NCBI RefSeq assembly: GCF_024223415.1
Contig: NZ_CP100500.1
Reading direction: 5' to 3' (one strand)
DNA from: Escherichia coli
GTDB taxonomy: Bacteria > Pseudomonadota > Gammaproteobacteria > Enterobacterales > Enterobacteriaceae
Length of the DNA stretch: 64,000 bases
Made by a program: the position numbers and the translations under genes. The notes beneath the pieces are model-generated. The model made no database searches, was not told where the DNA came from, and worked only from the letters and a program-made list of their open reading frames with translations. Shown in pieces: positions 12,239 through 23,611 of the stretch. Numbering within the stretch: position 1 is the first letter of the stretch; each line of letters starts with the position of its first letter.

Positions 12239-12907
12239 ATGCGTACCACATCATTTGCGAAAGTTGCAGCTTTATGCGGCTTGTTGGCTCTGTCTGGTTG
12301 TGCCTCTAAAATCACCCAGCCAGATAAATATTCTGGTTTTTTAAACAATTACTCTGATTTAAAAGAAACAACCTCGGCTACAGGTAAACCGGTTTTACGT
12401 TGGGTAGACCCGAGTTTTGATCAAAGCAAATATGACAGCATCGTCTGGAACCCAATCACTTATTATCCGGTACCGAAACCTTCGACCCAGGTAGGGCAGA
12501 AAGTTCTGGATAAAATTTTGAACTATACCAACACCGAAATGAAAGAAGCGATAGCGCAGCGTAAACCACTGGTTACCACCGCGGGGCCGCGTAGTCTGAT
12601 TTTCCGTGGGGCCATTACCGGTGTAGATACCAGCAAAGAAGGGCTGCAATTCTATGAAGTGGTTCCTGTTGCATTAGTGGTTGCGGGGACGCAAATGGCT
12701 ACAGGCCACCGTACCATGGATACTCGCTTGTATTTTGAAGGTGAGCTGATTGATGCAGCGACTAATAAACCGGTTATCAAAGTCGTTCGTCATGGCGAAG
12801 GTAAAGACCTGAATAACGAAAGTACGCCAATGGCTTTCGAAAATATTAAACAAGTTATTGATGACATGGCGACCGATGCCACCATGTTTGACGTTAACAA
12901 AAAGTAA
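12239..12907 (+). CDS. ydcL: lipoprotein YdcL
   Basis: 222-aa ORF; lipobox LALSGC in signal peptide. Confidence 0.9.
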   Translation: MRTTSFAKVAALCGLLALSGCASKITQPDKYSGFLNNYSDLKETTSATGKPVLRWVDPSFDQSKYDSIVWNPITYYPVPKPSTQVGQKVLDKILNYTNTEMKEAIAQRKPLVTTAGPRSLIFRGAITGVDTSKEGLQFYEVVPVALVVAGTQMATGHRTMDTRLYFEGELIDAATNKPVIKVVRHGEGKDLNNESTPMAFENIKQVIDDMATDATMFDVNKK

Positions 12908-12915
12908 TACCAGTT

Positions 12916-12940
12916 GCGCCATCGTTAGATGGCGCTTTTT
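12916..12940. terminator. bidirectional stem-loop terminator between convergent ydcL and ydcO
   Basis: GCGCCATC-GTTA-GATGGCGC followed by TTTTT. Confidence 0.7.
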
Positions 12941-12941
12941 A

Positions 12942-14114
12942 TTATCTGTTTCTGTCAGCGATTAAATTCAACACCACGTAACAAACGCCTCCGGCAATTA
13001 ATCCCCAGAACGCAGAACCAATCCCGACCAGCGTCAATCCACTTGCCGTTACCAGAAATGCCACCACCGCCGCGTCGCGCTCACGCTCATTATGCAGCGC
13101 CTGATACAAACTGCCGCCAATGGTACTCAACAGCGCCAGACCTGCCAGCATCTGGATCCAACTTACGGGCAGGGCAGCCATCATCCCGGTAATGGCACTA
13201 CCAAACAGACCTGCGAGCAAATAGAAAATGCCTGCAACGGCAGCTGCCAGCCAACGTTGGTCTTTATCCGGATGCGCTTCCGGGCTTTGGCAAATAGCCG
13301 CGGTGATTGCCGCAATACCGACGGAATAAACGCCGAAAGGGGAAAAAACCAGTGCCAGCAATCCAGTAAATACAATTAATGGCGAAACAGGAGCCGAATA
13401 TCCGGCTGCTTTCATTGCTGCGATACCCGGTGCGTTTTGCGATGCCATCGTCACCAGAAAAAGGGGGAGTGCAACGCTCAGGCTGTGAGCAAACGAAAAA
13501 TCAGGGGTAATATAAGTGGGGAGAACGGGTTTAAAGACAACATCAGTTGTGACAACGTCACCTTGCGCGATAACGATCACGATCCCAATAATCATCGCGG
13601 CAATTACCGCATAGCGCGGCGCAACGGCCTTGGTTGCCAGCCATACCAGCAACATACTTCCACACAACGTAAATTGACCGTCCAGACTGGCAAACGCCTG
13701 TAAACCAAAGCGTAATAAAATCCCGGCAAGCATTGCCGCCGCAAGCGAGTGCGGAATAATGCGCATCAGACGAGCAAAGAGTCCCGTTATGCCGCAGAGG
13801 ACTATTAACGCGTTGGTGACAATAAAAACGCCGATGGCTTCGTTAAGTGTTAGTCCCTGCAATCCGGTGACCAACAAAGCCGCGCCAGGCGTTGACCATG
13901 CGGTGAGAACAGGTACGCGATACCATAATGTCAGAGTCAGCGTACTGACGCCCATTGCCAGCCCCAGCGCCGTCATCCAGCCAGAGATTTGTGCAGTGGA
14001 GGCTCCGGCGACAATCGCTGCTTGCCAGATTATTGCCGCTGAACTGGCGTAGCCAATTAATACCGCCAGAAACCCCGCCAGTAGCGTGGGTGGAGGAATA
14101 GAAAACAGACGCAT
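12942..14114 (-). CDS. ydcO: BenE-family membrane transporter
   Basis: Minus ORF 12942-14237, highly hydrophobic; start chosen at Met 14114 (about 390 aa); exact start uncertain. Confidence 0.8.
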   Translation of the reverse strand: MRLFSIPPPTLLAGFLAVLIGYASSAAIIWQAAIVAGASTAQISGWMTALGLAMGVSTLTLTLWYRVPVLTAWSTPGAALLVTGLQGLTLNEAIGVFIVTNALIVLCGITGLFARLMRIIPHSLAAAMLAGILLRFGLQAFASLDGQFTLCGSMLLVWLATKAVAPRYAVIAAMIIGIVIVIAQGDVVTTDVVFKPVLPTYITPDFSFAHSLSVALPLFLVTMASQNAPGIAAMKAAGYSAPVSPLIVFTGLLALVFSPFGVYSVGIAAITAAICQSPEAHPDKDQRWLAAAVAGIFYLLAGLFGSAITGMMAALPVSWIQMLAGLALLSTIGGSLYQALHNERERDAAVVAFLVTASGLTLVGIGSAFWGLIAGGVCYVVLNLIADRNR

Positions 14115-14205
14115 AGTCACCTCGTGCGTTATAGCGTACAGGCACCGTAGCATTTGTCCGTTATAACGCACAAGTGATAAACTTCCGTTTTGCCGGAGGA
14201 GTCGC

Positions 14206-14742
14206 ATGGAAAATCTCGCTCGCTTTTTATCCACCACACTTAAACAATTACGTCAGCAGCGCGGCTGGAGTCTTTCGCGACTGGCAGAAGCGACGGGCGT
14301 TTCTAAAGCAATGTTAGGACAGATTGAGCGTAATGAGTCTAGCCCGACGGTCGCGACATTATGGAAAATTGCCACTGGGTTGAACGTGCCCTTTTCGACA
14401 TTTATTTCTCCGCCACAGTCCGCTACGCCTTCAGTTTATGATCCACAACAGCAGGCGATGGTGATCACTTCGCTGTTTCCTTATGATCCACAACTCTGCT
14501 TTGAACACTTCTCGATTCAGATGGCACCCGGTGCAATAAGCGAATCGACGCCCCATGAGAAGGGGGTAATCGAACATGTCGTCGTCATTGATGGACAACT
14601 TGATCTGTGCGTTGATGGGGAATGGCAGAGCCTTAATTGTGGGGAAGGCGCTCGATTTGCTGCAGACGTCACGCATGTCTATCGTAATGGAGGGGAGCAA
14701 ACCGTACATTTTCATTCCCTCATCCATTACCCGCGCAGTTAA
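14206..14742 (+). CDS. ydcN: XRE-family HTH transcriptional regulator with cupin domain
   Basis: 178-aa ORF; N-terminal HTH (LRQQRGWSLSRLAEATGVSKAMLGQIERNESSPT). Confidence 0.9.
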   Translation: MENLARFLSTTLKQLRQQRGWSLSRLAEATGVSKAMLGQIERNESSPTVATLWKIATGLNVPFSTFISPPQSATPSVYDPQQQAMVITSLFPYDPQLCFEHFSIQMAPGAISESTPHEKGVIEHVVVIDGQLDLCVDGEWQSLNCGEGARFAADVTHVYRNGGEQTVHFHSLIHYPRS

Positions 14743-14814
14743 GCGGGAAAACTATTTCGCAACGTCGCGCTTGTGGCTAAAATAGCCGCCATTTTTCAGC
14801 TACTGGATAAGAAA

Positions 14815-16776
14815 GTGACCGTATCTTCTCATCGTCTTGAACTGTTAAGTCCGGCACGCGATGCCGCCATTGCCCGCGAAGCTATTTTGCACGGTGCCGA
14901 TGCTGTTTATATCGGCGGCCCTGGTTTTGGTGCCCGTCATAATGCCAGTAATAGCCTGAAAGATATTGCCGAGCTGGTGCCGTTTGCCCATCGTTATGGT
15001 GCAAAAATTTTCGTCACGCTTAACACCATTTTGCATGATGATGAGCTTGAACCCGCGCAACGGCTGATTACCGACCTCTACCAGACCGGCGTCGATGCGC
15101 TGATTGTTCAGGATATGGGGATTCTGGAACTTGATATTCCGCCGATTGAACTGCACGCCAGTACGCAGTGCGACATTCGCACGGTAGAAAAAGCGAAATT
15201 CCTCTCTGATGTTGGCTTTACGCAGATTGTGCTGGCGCGAGAGCTGAATCTTGAGCAGATCCGCGCGATTCACCAGGCCACGGACGCGACCATTGAATTC
15301 TTTATTCATGGCGCACTGTGCGTGGCCTATTCTGGTCAGTGCTACATTTCTCATGCGCAAACTGGGCGTAGCGCCAACCGTGGCGATTGCTCGCAGGCGT
15401 GCCGTTTGCCATACACATTGAAAGACGATCAGGGGCGGGTGGTTTCCTATGAAAAACATCTGCTGTCGATGAAAGATAACGATCAGACTGCCAACCTCGG
15501 CACGCTGATTGATGCTGGCGTACGCTCCTTCAAGATTGAAGGGCGTTACAAAGATATGAGCTACGTGAAGAATATCACCGCCCATTATCGTCAGATGCTG
15601 GATGCCATTATTGAAGAACGTGGCGATCTGGCGCGCGCTTCATCAGGTCGTACTGAACATTTCTTTGTTCCATCGACGGAAAAGACTTTCCATCGTGGTA
15701 GCACAGATTATTTTGTGAATGCCCGTAAAGGCGATATTGGCGCGTTCGATTCGCCGAAATTTATCGGCCTGCCGGTGGGTGAAGTATTGAAAGTGGCGAA
15801 AGATCATCTCGATGTTGCCGTTACCGATCCACTGGCAAATGGCGATGGCCTGAACGTGATGATTAAACGTGAAGTCGTCGGTTTTCGTGCCAATACGGTC
15901 GAGAAAACCGGAGAAAATCAGTACCGCGTCTGGCCCAATGAAATGCCAGCAGATTTGCACAAAATTCGCCCGCATCACCCACTAAACCGTAATCTTGATC
16001 ATAACTGGCAGCAGGCACTGACAAAAACCTCCAGCGAACGTCGGGTGGCGGTAGACATTGAACTGGGCGGTTGGCAGGAACAATTGATTCTGACCCTCAC
16101 CAGTGAAGAGGGGGTCAGCATCACGCATACGCTGGATGGGCAGTTCGACGAAGCCAATAACGCCGAAAAAGCAATGAACAATCTGAAGGATGGTCTGGCA
16201 AAACTGGGGCAAACCATCTATTACGCCCGCGATGTGCAAATTAATTTGCCGGGGGCACTGTTTGTACCAAACAGTCTGTTAAACCAGTTCCGCCGTGAAG
16301 CTGCTGACATGCTGGATGCTGCGCGTCTTGCCAGTTACCAGCGCGGCAGCCGTAAACCGGTTGCTGATCCTGCGCCGGTTTATCCGCAAACGCATCTGAG
16401 TTTCCTCGCGAACGTTTACAACCAGAAAGCGCGTGAATTTTATCATCGCTATGGTGTGCAGCTGATTGACGCGGCGTATGAGGCACATGAAGAGAAGGGC
16501 GAAGTCCCGGTGATGATCACCAAGCATTGTCTGCGCTTTGCCTTTAATTTGTGCCCGAAACAGGCGAAAGGCAATATCAAAAGCTGGAAGGCTACGCCAA
16601 TGCAACTGGTTAACGGCGATGAAGTATTAACGCTAAAGTTTGATTGCCGCCCATGCGAGATGCACGTCATTGGCAAAATCAAAAATCACATACTGAAAAT
16701 GCCTTTACCGGGAAGCGTAGTGGCATTCGTAAGTCCGGATGAGCTGCTGAAAACATTGCCGAAGCGAAAAGGGTAA
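14815..16776 (+). CDS. rlhA: U32-family peptidase-like protein (23S rRNA hydroxycytidine synthase RlhA)
   Basis: ORF 14773-16776; GTG at 14815 gives 653 aa matching YdcP length; U32 family features. Confidence 0.85.
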   Translation: MTVSSHRLELLSPARDAAIAREAILHGADAVYIGGPGFGARHNASNSLKDIAELVPFAHRYGAKIFVTLNTILHDDELEPAQRLITDLYQTGVDALIVQDMGILELDIPPIELHASTQCDIRTVEKAKFLSDVGFTQIVLARELNLEQIRAIHQATDATIEFFIHGALCVAYSGQCYISHAQTGRSANRGDCSQACRLPYTLKDDQGRVVSYEKHLLSMKDNDQTANLGTLIDAGVRSFKIEGRYKDMSYVKNITAHYRQMLDAIIEERGDLARASSGRTEHFFVPSTEKTFHRGSTDYFVNARKGDIGAFDSPKFIGLPVGEVLKVAKDHLDVAVTDPLANGDGLNVMIKREVVGFRANTVEKTGENQYRVWPNEMPADLHKIRPHHPLNRNLDHNWQQALTKTSSERRVAVDIELGGWQEQLILTLTSEEGVSITHTLDGQFDEANNAEKAMNNLKDGLAKLGQTIYYARDVQINLPGALFVPNSLLNQFRREAADMLDAARLASYQRGSRKPVADPAPVYPQTHLSFLANVYNQKAREFYHRYGVQLIDAAYEAHEEKGEVPVMITKHCLRFAFNLCPKQAKGNIKSWKATPMQLVNGDEVLTLKFDCRPCEMHVIGKIKNHILKMPLPGSVVAFVSPDELLKTLPKRKG

Positions 16777-16824
16777 AACGCCAGTTTTCTGGTTACTCAC
16801 AACTTATTGAATCTGCATGATATT

Positions 16825-16858
16825 GCCTGCCGGGTAAGGTGTTACGCCGCATCCGGCA
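16825..16858. repeat. REP (repetitive extragenic palindrome) element
   Basis: GCCTGCCGGGTAAGGTGTTACGCCGCATCCGGCA matches the REP consensus class. Confidence 0.6.
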
Positions 16859-16867
16859 TCAAACGAC

Positions 16868-17098
16868 TCAACGTTGTCCCGCTTCTGGTTTGCGCGATTT
16901 TTGCCAGTAAAAATGCTCGCGCAAACCTTCCGCCGACTCTTCCGCCACAGCACGCAATTCATCGCTGTCCGCTTCATGACGCAGCTGATGATCCACATTC
17001 TTTACCCACACAAATTCATGTCCTTTGTGCCCTGCCATGAGTTGTCCTGAGAACAGCGCACACGTTAATAAGACAACCGATAACGCCTTCGTAAACAT
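16868..17098 (-). CDS. yncJ: small secreted protein YncJ
   Basis: 76-aa minus ORF with signal peptide MFTKALSVVLLTCALFSGQLMA. Confidence 0.8.
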   Translation of the reverse strand: MFTKALSVVLLTCALFSGQLMAGHKGHEFVWVKNVDHQLRHEADSDELRAVAEESAEGLREHFYWQKSRKPEAGQR

Positions 17099-17319
17099 CC
17101 TGCCACCTTTTTCTTACCTTTTGCCGCTATGATGCCGATAGTTTCTTTAGGTTATTATTCAGTTTTGCAAATTAGCGCAAAGAAATTCTGGAATCTTCCT
17201 TCCTGATTTTGCATTGCATTCTGCCGTTGCGGCGATTTAGTGCTATTTTCGAGCAAATTACGCACGGAGGTAAACACTAATGTTTACTTTGTTGATATAC
17301 TCAGCGGCAGGGAGGCGAT

Positions 17320-17496
17320 GTGAAACAAAGCGAGTTCAGACGTTGGCTCGAATCTCAGGGCGTCGATGTAGCGAATGGCAGCAACCATTTGAAACTCAGG
17401 TTTCATGGGATGCGCAGTGTCATGCCGCGTCACCCCTGCGATGAGATTAAAGAACCATTGCGTAAAGCAATCCTGAAACAACTCGGTTTGAGTTAA
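17320..17496 (+). CDS. hicA: HicA mRNA interferase toxin (type II TA)
   Basis: GTG 17320; VKQSEFRRWLESQGVDVANGSNHLKLRFHGMRSVMPRHPCDEIKEPLRKAILKQLGLS, 58 aa; not in the ORF track because of its GTG start and short length. Confidence 0.9.
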   Translation: MKQSEFRRWLESQGVDVANGSNHLKLRFHGMRSVMPRHPCDEIKEPLRKAILKQLGLS

Positions 17497-17520
17497 TCGC
17501 CAATTAAAAAGGTTAATGAC

Positions 17521-17958
<438 letters not shown>

Positions 17959-18036
17959 TTACAGTTAACGAAAAGTTGTCATTTTTAACAACTGATATAG
18001 ACTGCCGAATCATCTGCACATAATTACGATTCGATA

Positions 18037-19443
18037 ATGAAAAAATACCAGCAGCTTGCAGAACAATTACGCGAGCAGATTGCGTCGGGTATCTGGCAAC
18101 CCGGCGATCGTTTGCCTTCGTTGCGTGACCAGGTGGCGCTTTCTGGCATGAGCTTTATGACTGTCAGCCATGCCTATCAGTTGCTCGAAAGTCAGGGATA
18201 TATTATCGCACGACCGCAGTCGGGTTATTACGTTGCGCCACAGGCAATAAAAATGCCGAAAGTGCCAGTCATTCCAGTCACTCGAGATGAAGCAGTCGAT
18301 ATCAACACTTATATTTTTGATATGTTGCAGGCCAGTCGCGATCCGTCGGTCGTTCCGTTTGCCTCGGCCTTTCCCGACCCGCGACTTTTCCCCCTCCAAC
18401 AACTAAACCGCTCGCTGGCGCAGGTAAGCAAAACCGCCACAGCGATGAGTGTGATTGAAAACTTACCGCCAGGAAACGCAGAACTGCGTCAGGCTATTGC
18501 TCGTCGCTATGCCTTACAGGGCATCACCATTTCTCCTGATGAAATTGTCATCACTGCCGGGGCGTTAGAAGCATTAAACCTCAGTTTGCAAGCGGTAACT
18601 GAACCGGGCGATTGGGTGATAGTAGAGAATCCTTGTTTCTATGGCGCGTTGCAGGCGCTGGAACGGCTACGGCTGAAAGCGTTATCGGTAGCGACGGATG
18701 TTAAAGAAGGGATCGATCTTCAGGCGCTGGAACTGGCGTTGCAGGAGTATCCGGTGAAAGCGTGCTGGCTGATGACTAATAGCCAGAATCCACTCGGATT
18801 TACCTTAACGCCGCAAAAAAAAGCACAACTGGTGGCGTTGCTCAATCAGTACAACGTAACGCTGATTGAAGATGACGTTTACAGCGAACTTTATTTTGGA
18901 CGGGAAAAACCGCTGCCTGCGAAAGCGTGGGATCGCCACGATGGCGTTTTGCATTGCTCTTCGTTTTCGAAATGTCTGGTGCCTGGTTTTCGTATTGGTT
19001 GGGTCGCCGCCGGAAAACATGCACGTAAAATTCAACGATTGCAGTTGATGAGTACGCTTTCCACCAGCTCACCGATGCAGCTTGCGCTGGTGGATTACCT
19101 TTCCACGCGCCGATACGACGCCCATCTTCGTCGCCTGCGTCGCCAGCTTGCGGAACGTAAACAACGTGCCTGGCAGGCACTGCTGCGTTATCTGCCTGCG
19201 GAAGTGAAAATTCATCATAATGACAGCGGTTATTTTCTCTGGCTGGAGCTCCCCGAGCCGTTAGATGCCGGCGAATTGAGCCTGGCGGCACTGACGCATC
19301 ATATCAGTATTGCGCCGGGTAAAATGTTTTCTACCGGTGAAAACTGGTCACGTTTTTTTCGTTTTAATACCGCGTGGCAGTGGGGAGAACGTGAAGAACA
19401 GGCGGTAAAACAATTAGGCAAACTTATTCAAGAACGGCTGTAA
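18037..19443 (+). CDS. ydcR: MocR/GntR-family regulator with aminotransferase-like domain
   Basis: 468-aa ORF; N-terminal GntR HTH plus PLP aminotransferase fold. Confidence 0.9.
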   Translation: MKKYQQLAEQLREQIASGIWQPGDRLPSLRDQVALSGMSFMTVSHAYQLLESQGYIIARPQSGYYVAPQAIKMPKVPVIPVTRDEAVDINTYIFDMLQASRDPSVVPFASAFPDPRLFPLQQLNRSLAQVSKTATAMSVIENLPPGNAELRQAIARRYALQGITISPDEIVITAGALEALNLSLQAVTEPGDWVIVENPCFYGALQALERLRLKALSVATDVKEGIDLQALELALQEYPVKACWLMTNSQNPLGFTLTPQKKAQLVALLNQYNVTLIEDDVYSELYFGREKPLPAKAWDRHDGVLHCSSFSKCLVPGFRIGWVAAGKHARKIQRLQLMSTLSTSSPMQLALVDYLSTRRYDAHLRRLRRQLAERKQRAWQALLRYLPAEVKIHHNDSGYFLWLELPEPLDAGELSLAALTHHISIAPGKMFSTGENWSRFFRFNTAWQWGEREEQAVKQLGKLIQERL

Positions 19444-19687
19444 TAGCGTTTAATTTAATTCCTCTTAGATTGGGTAATATGAATTTCGAATAGCAGTCAT
19501 ATTTCCTAACTCCTTGTCTATACTCCAGAAGATAACCTTACAGAAGGCATAATGCGCGGTAGCTCACAACCTGATTAAATTTTCTCAGGGGCGAAGGTGT
19601 GCCTGCAAGCCGCCGTCTATGGTTAAACAAGGAGATATTTTTACGGCACGGCGGCTGAACAATTAATTACGACAGGAGTAAGACCTT

Positions 19688-20833
19688 ATGAGCAAGACAT
19701 TTGCCCGCAGCAGCCTGTGTGCGCTCAGCATGACAATAATGACCGCTCACGCCGCCGAACCGCCTACCAATTTAGATAAACCGGAAGGGCGACTGGATAT
19801 TATCGCCTGGCCGGGATATATCGAACGCGGACAAACTGATAAACAATACGACTGGGTAACGCAATTCGAAAAAGAGACAGGCTGCGCGGTGAATGTTAAA
19901 ACCGCCGCGACTTCCGATGAAATGGTCAGTCTGATGACCAAAGGGGGTTACGATCTGGTTACGGCATCCGGCGATGCCTCGCTGCGTTTGATTATGGGTA
20001 AACGCGTGCAGCCGATTAATACCGCATTGATTCCCAACTGGAAAACGCTCGATCCGCGCGTGGTTAAAGGCGACTGGTTTAACGTGGGCGGCAAAGTTTA
20101 CGGCACACCTTACCAATGGGGGCCGAACCTGCTGATGTACAACACTAAAACCTTCCCGACGCCGCCGGATAGCTGGCAAGTGGTTTTTATTGAGCAAAAT
20201 CTGCCGGACGGCAAGAGCAATAAAGGCCGCGTTCAGGCTTATGATGGCCCTATCTATATTGCGGACGCTGCGTTGTTCGTTAAAGCCACTCAGCCGCAGT
20301 TGGGCATCAGCGATCCGTATCAACTCACCGAAGAACAGTACCAGGCGGTGCTGAAAGTGCTGCGCGCTCAACACAGTTTGATCCATCGCTACTGGCATGA
20401 CACTACCGTGCAAATGAGCGATTTCAAAAACGAGGGTGTGGTCGCTTCCAGTGCCTGGCCCTATCAGGCCAACGCCTTGAAAGCCGAAGGTCAGCCTGTC
20501 GCTACCGTTTTCCCGAAGGAGGGCGTTACCGGTTGGGCTGACACCACCATGCTACATAGCGAAGCGAAACATCCAGTTTGCGCCTACAAATGGATGAACT
20601 GGTCATTAACGCCAAAAGTGCAGGGCGATGTGGCGGCCTGGTTTGGCTCGTTACCAGTCGTGCCGGAAGGGTGTAAAGCCAGTTCGTTATTAGGCGAGAA
20701 AGGTTGTGAAACAAACGGTTTTAACTATTTCGATAAAATAGCCTTCTGGAAAACGCCTATCGCAGAAGGGGGCAACTTTGTTCCCTACAGTCGCTGGACG
20801 CAGGATTACATTGCCATTATGGGCGGTCGCTAA
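19688..20833 (+). CDS. ydcS: periplasmic polyamine-type ABC substrate-binding protein
   Basis: 381-aa ORF with signal peptide; first gene of ydcSTUV-patD cluster. Confidence 0.9.
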   Translation: MSKTFARSSLCALSMTIMTAHAAEPPTNLDKPEGRLDIIAWPGYIERGQTDKQYDWVTQFEKETGCAVNVKTAATSDEMVSLMTKGGYDLVTASGDASLRLIMGKRVQPINTALIPNWKTLDPRVVKGDWFNVGGKVYGTPYQWGPNLLMYNTKTFPTPPDSWQVVFIEQNLPDGKSNKGRVQAYDGPIYIADAALFVKATQPQLGISDPYQLTEEQYQAVLKVLRAQHSLIHRYWHDTTVQMSDFKNEGVVASSAWPYQANALKAEGQPVATVFPKEGVTGWADTTMLHSEAKHPVCAYKWMNWSLTPKVQGDVAAWFGSLPVVPEGCKASSLLGEKGCETNGFNYFDKIAFWKTPIAEGGNFVPYSRWTQDYIAIMGGR

Positions 20834-20850
20834 CTTCGCTGGGGTGCTTT

Positions 20851-21864
20851 ATGACGTACGCAGTGGAGTTTGACAACGTCTCGCGGTTGTACGGTGACGT
20901 GCGCGCAGTAGATGGCGTCAGTATTGCGATAAAAGATGGTGAGTTCTTCTCTATGCTGGGGCCGTCCGGCTCCGGCAAAACCACCTGCCTGCGCCTGATT
21001 GCTGGCTTCGAACAGCTTTCCGGCGGGGCTATCTCTATCTTTGGTAAACCCGCCAGCAATCTGCCACCGTGGGAGCGGGACGTGAATACTGTCTTTCAGG
21101 ACTACGCGCTATTTCCGCATATGTCGATTCTTGACAATGTCGCCTACGGGCTGATGGTCAAAGGCGTGAATAAAAAGCAGCGGCACGCAATGGCGCAAGA
21201 GGCGCTGGAGAAAGTGGCGTTGGGGTTTGTACAGCAACGTAAACCGTCACAACTTTCTGGTGGTCAGCGCCAGCGGGTTGCTATCGCCAGAGCATTGGTG
21301 AATGAACCGCGCGTATTGCTGTTGGATGAACCGCTCGGCGCACTGGATCTCAAATTGCGTGAGCAGATGCAGCTGGAACTGAAAAAACTGCAACAGTCTC
21401 TCGGTATCACTTTTATCTTCGTTACCCACGATCAGGGCGAAGCATTATCGATGTCCGATCGTGTGGCGGTTTTCAATAATGGACGCATTGAGCAGGTCGA
21501 TTCCCCGCGCGATCTCTATATGCGCCCGCGCACGCCGTTTGTTGCCGGGTTCGTTGGTACATCGAATGTTTTTGATGGACTGATGGCAGAGAAACTTTGT
21601 GGCATGACGGGAAGCTTCGCCCTGCGACCGGAACATATCCGCCTCAACACCCCTGGTGAACTGCAGGCCAATGGCACGATCCAGGCGGTGCAATATCAGG
21701 GCGCGGCAACTCGTTTTGAACTGAAATTGAACGGCGGTGAAAAACTGCTTGTGAGTCAGGCGAATATGACAGGCGAAGAACTGCCTGCCACGCTCACGCC
21801 CGGACAACAGGTGATGGTTTCCTGGTCGCGTGATGTGATGGTGCCGCTGGTTGAGGAGAGGTGA
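20851..21864 (+). CDS. ydcT: ABC transporter ATPase
   Basis: Walker A GPSGSGKTT, ABC signature LSGGQRQRVAIARAL, Walker B LLLDEP. Confidence 0.95.
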   Translation: MTYAVEFDNVSRLYGDVRAVDGVSIAIKDGEFFSMLGPSGSGKTTCLRLIAGFEQLSGGAISIFGKPASNLPPWERDVNTVFQDYALFPHMSILDNVAYGLMVKGVNKKQRHAMAQEALEKVALGFVQQRKPSQLSGGQRQRVAIARALVNEPRVLLLDEPLGALDLKLREQMQLELKKLQQSLGITFIFVTHDQGEALSMSDRVAVFNNGRIEQVDSPRDLYMRPRTPFVAGFVGTSNVFDGLMAEKLCGMTGSFALRPEHIRLNTPGELQANGTIQAVQYQGAATRFELKLNGGEKLLVSQANMTGEELPATLTPGQQVMVSWSRDVMVPLVEER

Positions 21865-22806
21865 ATGGCGATGAACGTATTGCAATCACCTTCACGTCCA
21901 GGTCTGGGTAAGGTGTCCGGTTTCTTCTGGCGGAATCCGGGGCTGGGGCTGTTTTTGCTGCTGCTTGGCCCGCTAATGTGGTTTGGCATTGTCTATTTCG
22001 GCTCGCTGCTAACGCTGTTATGGCAGGGCTTTTATACCTTTGACGATTTCACCATGTCGGTAACGCCGGAACTGACGCTGGCGAATATCCGTGCGCTGTT
22101 TAATCCGGCAAATTACGACATCATTCTCCGCACGCTGACTATGGCTGTGGCAGTCACTATCGCCAGCGCCATTCTGGCTTTTCCAATGGCGTGGTATATG
22201 GCGCGCTATACCAGCGGGAAAATGAAAGCGTTTTTTTATATTGCGGTAATGTTGCCGATGTGGGCGAGCTACATTGTTAAAGCCTATGCCTGGACGTTAT
22301 TGCTGGCAAAAGATGGCGTGGCTCAGTGGTTTTTACAACATCTTGGGCTGGAACCACTGCTGACAGCGTTCCTTACATTACCTGCGGTGGGCGGCAATAC
22401 GCTGTCAACTTCCGGGCTGGGGCGCTTTCTGGTGTTTCTCTATATCTGGCTGCCGTTCATGATCCTGCCCGTGCAGGCGGCGCTTGAGCGTTTGCCGCCG
22501 TCATTGTTGCAGGCGTCAGCTGATCTCGGCGCACGTCCACGACAAACCTTTCGCTATGTGGTGTTGCCGCTGGCGATCCCGGGTATTGCCGCTGGCTCTA
22601 TCTTTACCTTCTCACTCACACTGGGCGATTTTATCGTCCCGCAGCTGGTTGGCCCGCCAGGATATTTTATCGGCAATATGGTTTATTCCCAGCAGGGGGC
22701 GATTGGCAATATGCCGATGGCGGCGGCATTCACCCTGGTGCCGATTGTTCTTATCGCACTGTACCTGGCGTTCGTGAAACGTCTGGGAGCGTTTGATGCA
22801 CTCTGA
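21865..22806 (+). CDS. ydcU: ABC transporter permease
   Basis: 313-aa polytopic membrane ORF, start overlaps ydcT stop. Confidence 0.9.
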   Translation: MAMNVLQSPSRPGLGKVSGFFWRNPGLGLFLLLLGPLMWFGIVYFGSLLTLLWQGFYTFDDFTMSVTPELTLANIRALFNPANYDIILRTLTMAVAVTIASAILAFPMAWYMARYTSGKMKAFFYIAVMLPMWASYIVKAYAWTLLLAKDGVAQWFLQHLGLEPLLTAFLTLPAVGGNTLSTSGLGRFLVFLYIWLPFMILPVQAALERLPPSLLQASADLGARPRQTFRYVVLPLAIPGIAAGSIFTFSLTLGDFIVPQLVGPPGYFIGNMVYSQQGAIGNMPMAAAFTLVPIVLIALYLAFVKRLGAFDAL

Positions 22807-23590
22807 ACGCGCATCGTTTTTCCTCAAACTGGCGGCCTGGGGCGGCGTTGTTTTCCTACATTTTCCCATCCTGATAATCGCCGCCTATGCGTTTAACACT
22901 GAAGATGCGGCGTTTAGTTTTCCACCGCAGGGCCTGACGCTGCGCTGGTTTAGCGTGGCAGCACAGCGTAGTGATATTCTTGATGCCGTGACACTGTCAC
23001 TTAAAGTGGCGGCGCTGGCGACATTAATGGCGCTGGTGTTAGGGACGCTGGCAGCTGCCGCGCTGTGGCGACGAGACTTTTTCGGCAAAAACGCCATTTC
23101 GCTGTTACTGCTGCTGCCCATTGCGCTGCCGGGCATTGTCACTGGTCTGGCGCTATTAACCGCTTTTAAAACCATCAATCTGGAGCCGGGATTTTTCACC
23201 ATCGTGGTCGGCCATGCGACTTTTTGCGTAGTGGTGGTGTTTAACAATGTCATCGCCCGTTTTCGCCGCACCTCCTGGAGTCTGGTTGAGGCGTCAATGG
23301 ATCTTGGGGCCAATGGCTGGCAAACCTTCCGCTACGTAGTGTTGCCGAATCTCAGTTCGGCGCTACTGGCAGGAGGAATGCTGGCGTTTGCCTTGTCGTT
23401 CGATGAAATCATCGTTACGACCTTTACGGCAGGTCATGAACGAACGTTACCGTTGTGGTTGCTCAATCAGCTTGGGCGACCGCGTGATGTACCGGTAACT
23501 AACGTGGTGGCACTGCTGGTTATGTTGGTAACAACCTTGCCGATCCTGGGGGCCTGGTGGCTAACCCGCGAAGGCGACAATGGTCAATAA
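22796..23590 (+). CDS. ydcV: ABC transporter permease
   Basis: 264-aa membrane ORF overlapping ydcU end. Confidence 0.9.
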   Translation: MHSERASFFLKLAAWGGVVFLHFPILIIAAYAFNTEDAAFSFPPQGLTLRWFSVAAQRSDILDAVTLSLKVAALATLMALVLGTLAAAALWRRDFFGKNAISLLLLLPIALPGIVTGLALLTAFKTINLEPGFFTIVVGHATFCVVVVFNNVIARFRRTSWSLVEASMDLGANGWQTFRYVVLPNLSSALLAGGMLAFALSFDEIIVTTFTAGHERTLPLWLLNQLGRPRDVPVTNVVALLVMLVTTLPILGAWWLTREGDNGQ

Positions 23591-23611
23591 CCACTGATAC
23601 AGGAATATGCT

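Noticed and set aside
19600-19640. Possible sigma-54-like GGCACG...TGAAC element upstream of ydcS
   Set aside because: Spacing and the GC/TTGCA elements do not fit the -24/-12 consensus well; no other support.
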